In this document: in pieces, positions 10,158 through 20,710 of the stretch
Numbering within the stretch: position 1 is the stretch's first letter
How the letters are laid out: every line of letters starts with the position of its first letter
IMG/VR virus record: IMGVR_UViG_3300032304_000672
Location: 1 to 64,000 of that record
Reading direction: 5' to 3' (one strand)
Source: a virus
Length of the DNA: 64,000 bases
The notes under the pieces: generated by a model
Database searches by the model: none
Told to the model about the DNA's origin: nothing
What the model saw: only the letters and a program-made list of their open reading frames with translations
Made by a program: the position numbers and the translations under genes

Positions 10158-10388
10158 ATGGCATGGTCTTGGGTATTAGCGGCAATTGGGGTAACAGGAA
10201 TATTTTTTGTAGGACGCAAGGTCATATGGGCCTGGCTCCTATTGCTATTTAATGAGTGCCTATGGATCATATATGCTGTAACAACTAAGCAGTACGGTTT
10301 TATAGTCGCAGCCCTTGCATATGGGGTTGTATATATTAGATCTTACATACATTGGTCTAAAGATAAGGTGAATGATATATCACTATGA
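10158..10388 (+). CDS. PnuC-like small membrane protein
   Basis: Three TM helices with a W/Y pattern resembling half-size PnuC-like phage proteins. Confidence 0.6.
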   Translation: MAWSWVLAAIGVTGIFFVGRKVIWAWLLLLFNECLWIIYAVTTKQYGFIVAALAYGVVYIRSYIHWSKDKVNDISL

Positions 10389-10505
10389 ACAAGAAAACAA
10401 TTACATTGATTGGGCTCCTGATAGCCCTTGCTGCGGTTGCGCTTGCAGTATACAACAGCTTTAGTCAACTAAAGGATGTTGATTACGACCTATTTGGAAC
10501 GGAAG

Positions 10506-10817
10506 ATGATGAAGACTATTAAGCCTATTGGCGGAATGCTATTGGTCACAAAGACACAGGACTCTGATAAGACTACTAAGTCTGGCTTAGTTATTTCAGC
10601 AGCATTTAATGATTCTGGACCTAAGTCTGGAACTATTGTAGATATGGGCGCTGGTGAGGTCAACTACAAAGGCGACTTGATGCCTATCCCAGAGCTTGAG
10701 GTAGGGGATGTAGTTTATTTCCCAGACCACACGGGCACTGAGATTGAGGATGATCAATCTAATAAATATCTTCTTATTAATCATAAACATATTATGGCTA
10801 AATTGCATCGCAATTAG
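10506..10817 (+). CDS. groES: Co-chaperonin GroES (Cpn10)
   Basis: IKPIGG, KTTKSGLVI mobile loop, VGDVVYF. Confidence 0.85.
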   Translation: MMKTIKPIGGMLLVTKTQDSDKTTKSGLVISAAFNDSGPKSGTIVDMGAGEVNYKGDLMPIPELEVGDVVYFPDHTGTEIEDDQSNKYLLINHKHIMAKLHRN

Positions 10818-11313
10818 TGAAGCGAAAAGTGCGGCGAAAGTAGAGACCCCATTGACGGTACCCGTCAGATATAGTATACTCTTCATATGAATGAACCTAA
10901 GATTATGCGTATGGATTGGCGGGCATTAGGGTACTGGCCTGTATATAAAGATGGAAAGCTGACTTGGGAGGCGGACGGAATGTGCAATAAATGCGGGATG
11001 GATAAGGAAAACATAGAGTACTGGGATAATCACCAGACTATGTCTGACTATAAGGTATGGTGTGCTAAATGATTGATTGGTTAGTAAATAAGCTATTTTG
11101 GTATACTCCACTCAGAGAGGCCTTGATTTCAGAGGCTACACTCTACAACTCATTAACTAGAACTATGAAGGATCCAGAGTCTATGAAGACTGCTTCGGCA
11201 TTCTGGGATGAAGGAGATGGCTGGAGAGGCTGGAGTATCGAAGGGGATAAGTATTACTTTAACGATGTACCAGAGCATGACCTTATGGGTATAATCCTAG
11301 CAATTGAAGAGAT

Positions 11314-11810
11314 GCATGAGCAGAGACCACTTTAAAAAGCTGTGGTCAACTATCCTATCGAACGGTGTACGCCAGGATTCTGAGGGAAACTGGACAGTCA
11401 TTAACTCTTCCACTAATAAGAGGAGAATGCTAAAGACTGGTTCCTCAGTAGGTGGAGCATCAGGTCCGTCTTCTCAGGAATGGATCCCTGCTAAAATATA
11501 TGTAACCCCAGAAGAGTTGGCGGAGATCTGGGATAAACAGGGCGGGAAGTGTTATTGGTTTAATATCCCATTAGATCTAACACTACTATATAAAGACCAT
11601 AAAGATTGGATGCCTAAACATCCATTAGCTCCATCCATTGATAAGATAGATGTAAATGGAGACTACACAAAAGAGAATATTGTTATCTGCACAAGGTTTG
11701 CTAACTTTGGAAGAAATGTATGTGAGTTTGATAAGTTCCATGAAATTGTCGACATATTACAAGGAAAGCAGTCAACTAGAATTATAGAACAATTATCTCT
11801 ATTTAACTAA
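11314..11810 (+). CDS. HNH-like endonuclease-fold protein
   Basis: Q.GKCYW...PSIDKID...YTKENIVIC...N motif. Confidence 0.6.
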
Positions 11811-12708
11811 GGAGACATATTATGGGAATACTAGATAATTTAGAAGCATGGCTAGATTTTGAAGAAGAGATCGACAAGGATCCAGAGATAGTGTCAGGAT
11901 ATTCAACAGGCAAATGGTCAGATGATGATGATGCACATCCTACAATTACTCCATTCTTTGGACCAAATAAATAAAGGCGGGGAGGCCGAATAATGTTAGA
12001 ACTACTACTAATAGCCATTACATGGTATATAACCAAGTACTACTATACAAGGTCATTTACCCTTGATGTAGACGATATGGAAGATAATGGTCTAACCCAG
12101 GTAATTTGCAGCAAATGTGCAAGATCAGGATATATAAGCCAAGATAACCTACGTGTTCCCTATTACTGCATGTCCTGCAAATAGACCAAATTAGCTTCAT
12201 ACCCTAGATTCCCCCCTCCAATAAACACCTCTCTAATAGCCTCCTAGAGCCTTATTTGGCATATTCTAGAGATGATCTACCATAAAATATACTACTAATT
12301 CTTGATCAATTACTACTGATATATGTATAGTTAGATATACATGTAATTGAGCCCTCCCTTTTACTCCACCGTAATCCATTTTGCTCCACATAGATCCATA
12401 TGTGTGGCATATTTGAGGGATTTTGTCAATAGCCTCGTAAATGGCATATTTTGCCCACATTGTCAAGGCTTCAGGGGCATTTAATATGTCTCCGTAAACG
12501 GAGAAATTCGCCCACATTTTGACAGATATGGATCTCATTATCTGAGATTCTATATATGTTTCTTTAGATTAATATACATTCTTCTAGAAATTTGAGGGAT
12601 TTTTTATAGCTTGCCGTAAAGGGGAAATTTGGCCCACATTTTTTCCACAAAAATATCCACAGGCTGTGGATAAACCTGTGGATAAGTTTGGGCTATATAT
12701 TAGATTAG

Positions 12709-13125
12709 TTAGATGATTCCCTGGTTCATATGATTTATATTAGATCCATTATTGGTCTCATGTAGCCAAGAGTATCTATAGTTTTGTTCTTGTGTTTGAG
12801 GAAGGGACTTTACGAATTCCCCCCGTTCTTTTGGAGTGATAGGTAGTTGAACTGATTTAAGGTCATTAGATACCTTTATTTTATCAATCACCTTGTCTAG
12901 ATGATTAGCAATGATTAATCCTTCACAGACTGTGCCTTCATTGGCTACTTCTCGTCTGTATCGTTCCGCCTGCTTTTCTACTATCCACGCCACAACTTCG
13001 ATAATGCGGTCTATGGTGTAGATAGGTTGTTCTGCTAGATACCTGCCTAAAGCAGCAGGGTTGAAGAAATGGTCTTCTACTGAGTTTGCTAGTAGTTCTC
13101 CGATTTGCTGTTCTTTGGTTTTCAT
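12709..13125 (-). CDS. Hypothetical early protein
   Basis: ORF with GAAAGG RBS and an upstream TGTCAG promoter. Confidence 0.75.
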   Translation of the reverse strand: MKTKEQQIGELLANSVEDHFFNPAALGRYLAEQPIYTIDRIIEVVAWIVEKQAERYRREVANEGTVCEGLIIANHLDKVIDKIKVSNDLKSVQLPITPKERGEFVKSLPQTQEQNYRYSWLHETNNGSNINHMNQGII

Positions 13126-13191
13126 AGTCCGCCTTTCGTCTATAGATTATAGCAGAAGGGACTGACAAGCGCCAGCCCCTCCTGTACACAA

Positions 13192-13338
13192 TTACTTCTT
13201 TGGTGTTGGCTTTTCTGCTTCGAACGTCACGCCTTGGCTAGCTGCGTCCTCCAGAGCTTTGTTTGCTGCTGATGAGAAACGACCACGGGCCCCTACAGTA
13301 ATTCCCTTTGACTTTAAATATTCACGCTTTGTTGCCAT
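13192..13338 (-). CDS. Lsr2 C-terminal DNA-binding-domain-like mini-protein (48 aa)
   Basis: MATKREYLKSKGITVGARGRFSSAANKALEDAA resembles the Lsr2 REWA..G..V..RGR AT-hook motif. Confidence 0.7.
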   Translation of the reverse strand: MATKREYLKSKGITVGARGRFSSAANKALEDAASQGVTFEAEKPTPKK

Positions 13339-13442
13339 TTGATAATCCCCTTTCAAGAGATAGATGTTTTATTTATTATATCGGATACCCACGATTTTGT
13401 AAATACCCCCGTAAGAGCTAAGATCAGCCCCTATGTTCCGCC

Positions 13443-15308
13443 TTAGATATTAAGTTGTAGATCTTCTGATGTATCTTCATCTAAGAATACATCTGTAGCT
13501 TCGATCTCATCATCTGTTGGGATCTCATCCCAATCGGTTGACGGACGAAGGTTCGCAATCTCCGCTGCTTGATATTCGTCGGCAGCGGAAACAATGGTGT
13601 AATAGTTTGTATACTTGGTACCAAAGACTCTATAGATTGGCAAGCATTTCCCTCATTTCCCATTCGGCATATGTACGGACAATAAAGTCCTTATCTAGAT
13701 TATAACAATACAGGACAGCTTTTGTCAAGGAATCCGTCTCATATATTGGCATGTCCATTATGACCTCATTGTCCCCTTTGTCATATACCTCAAAGGTTCT
13801 AATTCCTCCAGGTGAACAATCATATGCAACTTCCAGGATTTCTAAGCTAGGCTCATAATGAGTCATTTGTTCCCTCATCCCCAGACATACGATCTTTGAT
13901 AAGTTTGCTAATGATATTATGTGCTTCGATATTTTCTGTTTCAGACCCACCCCACAAAAGCTTTTGGGCTTTGTTTAATTGATCATTGATATAGATATCA
14001 CTCATCTTCATCTTCTTCCTCCTCTTCGTCTTCTTCAAACATTGTATCCACAATGTACTCACGATTCATCATCCATTCAAGTACGTCATCGTTGTGCTGT
14101 TCCGCCCCGTACTCCAGAGAGAAGCCCTGGCCCGCCTCTACAGCCTCACAGAGGTGGTCCCACATCTCATCTATGGTGCAGTTCTGCTTGTAGGTCTCAT
14201 CCTCAAAGATGTTGTTAATGGTAGACCAAGTCCATAGCCAAACTAAGGATAGACCTAGGTCCGTTGTATCTAGAATCTTTAAACATTCATTTAGTTTATC
14301 TTTATCTTCAGGCTTCATCCCGTGCTCCTTTCGCAAAAGCAATGTCATATGTCAATTTGTACAAATCTCCTAGAGCGTCAAGGTACCCTTCTAGGTGTAA
14401 GCGGTCCACGGTTTGGTCATACTGTTCGTCATCTTGATTTGTATATTCAGATAACTTCTTTTCTGTTTCAACCATTAGGACCTTTAGTTCCCCGTGCATT
14501 ATGTCAGCCCCGTCCATTCCGATGTTTATCATACGTTGCAAATGGGGCGGGAGCCCAATGTCTTCATTATTCATTAATATACCTTTCGTTAGAGTTATTC
14601 ATTATATCAGTAGCCACTGACAATAAATGTTCGGTTGCCATAATTTGTCCCTGGATATTAATCTTAGATTGAACATTGTAATCACCCTCTAAGTCCTGGT
14701 TAAGACTAATTAGATGTAACTTCATATACTCCAGGAAGTATGATGATTTAGTTTGTGTAGTCAAAGTAACCCTCCGCCCACAGACCTTGCAAGAAACTAA
14801 CAGCGTCTTCCAAGTCTTTCCTCAAAGGCTCCTTGTTCATTAAATCGGACGGGGTCCTAAGATAAAAAAGCTTTGAATCGTGTACAGCATTAATCATTCT
14901 ATTTAGATCAGACTCAGTGTAACCTAGCATAGGTCATACTCCATATCCCAAGATACATCAGGCCAATTTAAATCATATCTTGCGCTATCAACTTCACCTA
15001 AATCGTTTAGGTGTAGATTAATTTTCTCGTGTGCTTCTTTCTCATTATTGGCCATTACTGCACCTTCTAATTTAATTACAAATCCATACTTATTCAAAGT
15101 AGTCCTCATCTCCTTCTGTTAGGTTATAGAATTTATTAAATTCAGATTGAATAAACTCATCTCCTGACATTTCAGCAAATTGTTTATCTGCATAATATTG
15201 CCCTTCGTCAAGATTACTATTAATCCAATCTTCAAGTAATTGTTCTGCTATATCTTGGTAGCAAGCGTCAATTACCATTTGATTTACATCTTCTAAGAAA
15301 CTAGCCAT
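13443..15308 (-). CDS. Run of ~9 coupled small, mostly acidic hypothetical genes
   Basis: ORF track: 13443-13643, 13630-~13866, ~13853-14005, 13998-~14320, 14308-14574, 14567-14764, 14748-14930, 14924-~15100, 15090-15308. Confidence 0.7.
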
Positions 15309-16092
15309 TTAGCGCTTCCTCCTGTGTGTAGGTTTTCAAAGGTAATAATACACTATGGGTCTGACATTCTTTCATAGCCACCTCATCCTGCCAAGAGCCT
15401 TCATTACATTCTGAGCAGAATTCACCGCAGTCATCTTCACAATAACTTAATGTATCGTAAGACTGGCAAGCATAGCAACGATTCTCATATTCAACTAATT
15501 CTTTTACTTCACCACGGACAATCTCATATTCCCCACCCCAACCTGTTTCTTCCTCAAACTCTAATGTAAGCAGGCAGTTAGGAACAAGATTACTTAGTTT
15601 AGTTAAGATAGTTACAGCAGGTGACCAAGCCGTCTCATACTTATAGACAACCCAGTTGTCATCACCTTCTGATTTATATTCAAGCAATTCCGTATTTGGA
15701 TATTTATCACCGTCACGGACGGCTACATCCCATTTAGTTCCCCAGTTGGAGTTATTCCACGAATACCAATCCTTCTGTGTCTTAGCAAACTCAACAGATT
15801 TGCGGAACCAATCAGGGTCATTCTGAATATCTATACCACCACGAGAAGGCTGGCAGGCATACTCTTCATCAGTAATACCTTCATCTTTATATGAGTGAAT
15901 ATTGAAGAAAGCAAAGACAGGATTAGAATAACTTACCTGTTCAATTTTGGTGGGGAATCCTGAAAGACTAATATCACCCATACCATAAGTCTCTTGTGCT
16001 AATGTAAATGGACTATTCAGTCTATCCTTGATATAATCAACTTCTGACTTTGGTCCTTGAATTGTTAACGTATTGTAACACCAATTTGGCAT
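15301..16092 (-). CDS. DUF1281/YubB ferredoxin-like protein with C-terminal Cys cluster
   Basis: MPNWC.N, WGTKWD and TAWSP motifs. Confidence 0.8.
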   Translation of the reverse strand: MPNWCYNTLTIQGPKSEVDYIKDRLNSPFTLAQETYGMGDISLSGFPTKIEQVSYSNPVFAFFNIHSYKDEGITDEEYACQPSRGGIDIQNDPDWFRKSVEFAKTQKDWYSWNNSNWGTKWDVAVRDGDKYPNTELLEYKSEGDDNWVVYKYETAWSPAVTILTKLSNLVPNCLLTLEFEEETGWGGEYEIVRGEVKELVEYENRCYACQSYDTLSYCEDDCGEFCSECNEGSWQDEVAMKECQTHSVLLPLKTYTQEEALNG

Positions 16093-16264
16093 TTTATTTC
16101 CTTTCGCTAATAACCCAATTATATACTAGACCACTGACATTTGGAATACCTTTTGGGTGTGTTCCACACCACATTTTCCAAGCTATGTGGTCAAGATCAC
16201 AAAATTTCAGGGGAATTATATTGACTTCCGTAAAAGAGATATGATACCCTCACCTGTTGCGGGC

Positions 16265-16415
16265 AAACAAAAATCCCCCAGGGCAAGCTGGGGGATCAGA
16301 TAAGTAAGGCTGCTAGCAGAACGAAAGGAATTTAGTAAACGCTGCTTTATTTAACGACTTGGGGAAAACCCTAGTAGCCGCACCATACTTTAATGAAAAG
16401 GTCCGCTAGGACCTA
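16265..16415 (-). ncRNA. Candidate sRNA carrying the anti-RBS loop UUCCUUUCGUU
   Basis: Extended -10 TGCTATAAT at 16429-16421; nested stems; terminator ATCCCCCAG/CTGGGGGAT followed by a U-tract; no ORF. Confidence 0.55.
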
Positions 16416-16441
16416 TTCATATTATAGCATATCTTAGTTAA

Positions 16442-16846
16442 CTAAACTGGGACAACAACATCTGCGTACTTCTCAACGAAGTTACTCAGGTCCATAGTAA
16501 AGAGCGCTTCATTGCTCATCCCATTAACCTTGTTATCCAAATCATTCCTTGGCGCCTCTTCGTGAAGACTGAATGTCTGCTGCTGGAAATCGACAATAGC
16601 AATCTTGTGCTCGTTATCGCCAATCTCATTTACGTGCAAGCCCCATCCAGTTTCCATATTCCACTGGTCCGCAATCATATTACTGATTGTGATACGTGTT
16701 GCATATGAAGGGTCATTCCAACGAGGACGTGCTTTAAACACTGCCTCTGCTAGATTCGCTAGCATTTTATGGCCTGCCCAGTGACCGTATAGTACAATTG
16801 TATTTCCGTTAGGTTGGACGAATCCAAAGTTTGCTCTATCTCCCAT
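16442..16846 (-). CDS. Hypothetical protein
   Basis: ORF with RBS. Confidence 0.75.
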   Translation of the reverse strand: MGDRANFGFVQPNGNTIVLYGHWAGHKMLANLAEAVFKARPRWNDPSYATRITISNMIADQWNMETGWGLHVNEIGDNEHKIAIVDFQQQTFSLHEEAPRNDLDNKVNGMSNEALFTMDLSNFVEKYADVVVPV

Positions 16847-17413
16847 TACATTTCCGCCTTTTCTAGTTGAGGTACTTCTTCGGTTTTATTCAATTCTATC
16901 ATTTCAAAGGAGACCTTGTCAAGGGCCTCTTTGTTTTTATTATAGTGGTGGTGGCAAAAGAAAAGCTCACCATCTACTAGTTTAATTAGATACATAGCCT
17001 GAGCTGTACCGCATTGATCACAGCCGATCCATCTAGTTAGATCCTCAGAGGTCATAGTCAACGGTTCCAAATTCAATACGGTCTGCAATGTCATCGTATA
17101 CTTGGCCATCATCCTCAGACTCAGCCCACACACGAATGTTTGCGACAATTACTTCACGAGCAAATTTGACGCCGTCTTCAAAACCATCTTGGTAATCCAT
17201 TTTATCTCCTTGTATATCCTGTCGGTTCGTAGTCTGATGTATAACTCTCTGTGAGATTATACTTATCTCGAATCCGACTTACTTTCTCAATGCTACCAGT
17301 TCCGATGTTGAATGTCAACGGTGATAATGCAGTTGGGTCCAGCCCAATCATCTGAGCATCCCAATAGGCCATCTCCATAGATAGCCTATCGGGAGCAGTC
17401 AACTCAAAATACA

Positions 17414-18049
17414 TTATGCTTCCCTCACATTACAAACTTCTTGGTCACCAATTTCAATGTTACCATTGTTTGATTCAGCAAAGATAGCATCTGTAATTTC
17501 TGACTCAAGGTCTAAGTCATAATCATTTTCAAGAATGTTGTAAGAATATGTTCCGCTAACTTCGATAGATGCGGTCCACTCAACTTCCTTAATTAATTCA
17601 ATTGATAGCGCTTCAGCAATTTCACGCAATGTGTCTTGGTCTTGTGAGTCTGCATATGCCTCGCAGATAATTTCCTTAACTGCATCAATCTTGCCATTTA
17701 GAACGCCGTTAGTCTTCTGTGCTTGACGGGCATTGTGCAGGTCCCATTCAATTGATGTAACCTTATCAGTTGCATATTCTGCATCTGAATATCCACGGAT
17801 AACTTTATAGGTTACCAATAGATTAGGGTTATATGTATCAGGCACCGTTACTGTGTTTGTCTCTTCCATTTTATTTCCTTCCGTTTCTGTTGGTTGTATT
17901 GTAGCATCTTCGACTGACAATAACACTGTACTATTGTTACACGGGCATGTGATATTAGTCACAGGCTGAAATGCATCGGGACATGTAAATTCAATTAAAG
18001 AATCACATGTACTGCACACGTATGTATATTTACTCCAGGTTTGTGTCAT
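17414..18049 (-). CDS. Hypothetical protein with Cys-rich N-extension and internal start at 17869
   Basis: Leaderless start at 18049; internal promoter and RBS before MEETNT. Confidence 0.7.
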   Translation of the reverse strand: MTQTWSKYTYVCSTCDSLIEFTCPDAFQPVTNITCPCNNSTVLLSVEDATIQPTETEGNKMEETNTVTVPDTYNPNLLVTYKVIRGYSDAEYATDKVTSIEWDLHNARQAQKTNGVLNGKIDAVKEIICEAYADSQDQDTLREIAEALSIELIKEVEWTASIEVSGTYSYNILENDYDLDLESEITDAIFAESNNGNIEIGDQEVCNVREA

Positions 18050-18175
18050 GCGAGTATTGTACAGGACCCCACTGACATTTACAATAGAATTCAGGGCTTT
18101 TTTTATGTGATCCGTAACACAGAAATCCTGCCTTCAATGTTGCGGGCGTCTCATATATTGAGAATCAAATCTTAG

Positions 18176-18249
18176 CGATCCATATCGGACTTGAACCGAC
18201 GGCCTCTACCGTGACAGGGTAGCGCTCTAACCAACTGAGCTAATGGACC
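18176..18249 (-). tRNA. tRNA-Asp(GTC)
   Basis: GGTCCATTAGCTCAGTTGG...CTGTCAC...GGTTCAAGTCC cloverleaf. Confidence 0.93.
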
Positions 18250-18290
18250 TAATGGTGAGCAGTTTTAAATCTTGCTCAGGATTTTTTTAT

Positions 18291-19295
18291 TTAGAAAGTT
18301 GCAACCATTCGATACAACTTATTTTTTTCTGCGGTTAGAATTGGGTCAAACCCTGATGCACCCGCCATAAGAGTTTCACCATTGCCACGACCTGAACGAT
18401 AGTAATCAAGGCGCTCAGTTAGTGCATTGAACGCACCCCACTTTGTTCCCTTGATTGTAGCGTTAGTTGGTGAGTTGTGATACAAATCGTCAATGAGAAC
18501 AACTTTGTTTTCCCATTTCTTCAATGAACCCTTCAAATCCTTGTCAGGCTTAGGATAGATTGTCTGAATCAACTTAGAGAATTCAGCATCGGTGATTGCT
18601 TGTGAGTAAAGTGCCTTTGCTTGAACTTCGAATTCATCAAAGTATCCAAGAGCAAGCCCAAGAGTTTCACGAGCAACTTGAATGCGACCTTCAACAGATT
18701 GCGTGTGGCGAATCTTGAAAGATTGCTTAGCATTCTTCATTGCAAGGTTTAGCGTGTTTTGGCATACAACACGAACAGGTGTAACGGCTGCTTGAACAGC
18801 AACAGAACCATCGTGTGAAGTCCAGACAATGAGATAAAGTTTTGTCTCATCGTTGGCGCCTTGTGGGTCAAGAACCATTGTGCGTGGAATGTCCACAGTT
18901 CCGAACACAACTTTGCCCTTCTTTAGTGAGCCAGCAGATTCCCAACGGCAATCAGCATTGGCATCGTGAATTGCATCAGCGAATGCAAACAGTTCTTCAT
19001 TCTGAACTGGCTTGTAACGTTTTCCAACAGTTGCGAGAACATCAGTTCCGCCGTTGAATGGATTGTCACGAATGACAAGAGATGCTTCTGAAACATCATT
19101 CCAAGATTCTGAAATGTGGTCAGTTAGTGGAGACAAGCGAACATTCCAATTTGCTAACTTTGCTTCTTCAAGCATTGTTGCAGTTGTAACTTCCTCATCT
19201 TTTGTGAAGATACGATTTGCAAGGTTGTGCCAAGCAGGTGCGCCACGAAGAGCAAATGCAACTTCGCCGTTTTCGACTTCGAGATTGTGAGCCAT
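18291..19295 (-). CDS. DUF932/DUF945 family (TIGR03299-like phage/plasmid protein)
   Basis: MAHN...AWH, Y.PVQN, SHDGS, RVVCQNTL and RHT motifs. Confidence 0.9.
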   Translation of the reverse strand: MAHNLEVENGEVAFALRGAPAWHNLANRIFTKDEEVTTATMLEEAKLANWNVRLSPLTDHISESWNDVSEASLVIRDNPFNGGTDVLATVGKRYKPVQNEELFAFADAIHDANADCRWESAGSLKKGKVVFGTVDIPRTMVLDPQGANDETKLYLIVWTSHDGSVAVQAAVTPVRVVCQNTLNLAMKNAKQSFKIRHTQSVEGRIQVARETLGLALGYFDEFEVQAKALYSQAITDAEFSKLIQTIYPKPDKDLKGSLKKWENKVVLIDDLYHNSPTNATIKGTKWGAFNALTERLDYYRSGRGNGETLMAGASGFDPILTAEKNKLYRMVATF

Positions 19296-19505
19296 TTATT
19301 TCCTTTCGATTAGTTGTTGATTGCAATTATAACAGGTGGCACTGACATTGTCTAGATTAGTTAGTCATTTGTCCGAATTGTCTGGGGTGATCATTATCAC
19401 AAATTTTTGGGGGTTTTCCACAGGTAGTCGTAAGGCTGTGGATAACCCCGCAGCTCTGCGGGCAGCTGGGGAAATAGGGCGGGAATAAGATCCCGCCCTA
19501 AGTCT

Positions 19506-19745
19506 TTAGATTAGTTTAGTTAATTCAGTTTTCTTAGGAAGAACGTCCATTGGTAAAAACAAAGCAGTTGTTTTCTTTTTCTTTATGTTGTCATAAACAA
19601 ACGCTTTAATGTTTCCTTGAAATCTGCGTAGATTAGAAAATACCATTTCAGTTAAGTATTCTTTATCTACACCTTGCTCAGAGTAAAGAGTTAAATCGTT
19701 AGCCTTTACTTCATCATAGATTTCAATTCTATAACGATTTTTCAT
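19506..19745 (-). CDS. Hypothetical protein
   Basis: ORF with RBS; downstream hairpin at 19476-19500. Confidence 0.7.
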   Translation of the reverse strand: MKNRYRIEIYDEVKANDLTLYSEQGVDKEYLTEMVFSNLRRFQGNIKAFVYDNIKKKKTTALFLPMDVLPKKTELTKLI

Positions 19746-19890
19746 TTTGTTCCTTTGTTAGTAGGGATACGAATTATAGCATTGGGACGTATAGTTTGTC
19801 TAGCCCCGTAGGGTTGAGCAGTTTTGCGACTTACTCAGGTCGTTTGGGTTTAGGTGTCTAGACTTTGTGTGCTAACCCCCCAAAACCTAT

Positions 19891-20307
19891 TTAGAGATAC
19901 TTAGCAATCTGCTTCATTGTAGAAGCATTTACTGTTTCCTCATCTGTCATTTTGAGAATTGTTAGGGCATTTGTAATGTCCTCTTTCATCTCACGATAAC
20001 TGTGCTGATGGATTTGCTCAAAATCCTTTTCAGGTTCAGCAGGGAAGTTGCCTTCCTTTGTGATAATGTCAAAATCAACATTGAGAGTGTTGTTCCATTG
20101 ACGATAGTTTGTGCGAAGGTTCTCAGCCTTTGAGAAGTTAGCAATAGCCCACTTACCAATTTCCTTTTTCCACGCTTCTACTGCTTTCTGAAACTTTGCT
20201 TCTTTTTCTGATTGTGAAGCATAGTCTTTCTCTAGTGTTGCTAGACGAGTTTCTAGTGCCTTGATTACTTTGGTAGTTGCTACCTTTACTGTGATTTGTC
20301 TTGACAT
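19891..20307 (-). CDS. Hypothetical protein (start revised to MSRQ)
   Basis: RBS and promoter lie inside the track's longer ORF. Confidence 0.75.
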   Translation of the reverse strand: MSRQITVKVATTKVIKALETRLATLEKDYASQSEKEAKFQKAVEAWKKEIGKWAIANFSKAENLRTNYRQWNNTLNVDFDIITKEGNFPAEPEKDFEQIHQHSYREMKEDITNALTILKMTDEETVNASTMKQIAKYL

Positions 20308-20439
20308 TTTTTCCCTTTCGTTTAGTTTGTTTGGTTGTATTGTATCAGGTGCTACTGACATTTCCACCCGAAGGTGGAGAGTTCTTACTTACGACATTGG
20401 ACTAGAACACTCTCTAAACTGTCCCTGTTTCGATTTTAT

Positions 20440-20595
20440 TTAGTTGTTAGGTGCGCTAGTCCAGCGTTCCTTGCCATTTACATCAAGCAGGATACGATTT
20501 GTTCCGCTAGGGTGATTATCAACCGCCTTGATAACTCCTGTGATACCGCTTGTTGTTGTTGTGTAGGTCTGACCTACTTCTAGTGTTGTTGTCAT
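20440..20595 (-). CDS. Small beta-rich hypothetical protein (start revised to MTTT)
   Basis: GAAAGGAA RBS and promoter upstream. Confidence 0.7.
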   Translation of the reverse strand: MTTTLEVGQTYTTTTSGITGVIKAVDNHPSGTNRILLDVNGKERWTSAPNN

Positions 20596-20710
20596 TTTGT
20601 TTCCTTTCGCTAGGGTTGTTATTATACAGGGTGGGTCTGACATTTTCCACCCCAATCTTATTATTTGAGATGATAAGCGTGTGAGTAATCTCACACGCCT
20701 ATCTTGATCC

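Noticed and set aside
12370-12390. Additional scaffold copy at CGTAA 12370
   Set aside because: Lacks GGG and CCC at the required spacing.
12266-12538. 90-aa ORF in the strand-switch region
   Set aside because: Runs through repeat elements and has no RBS.
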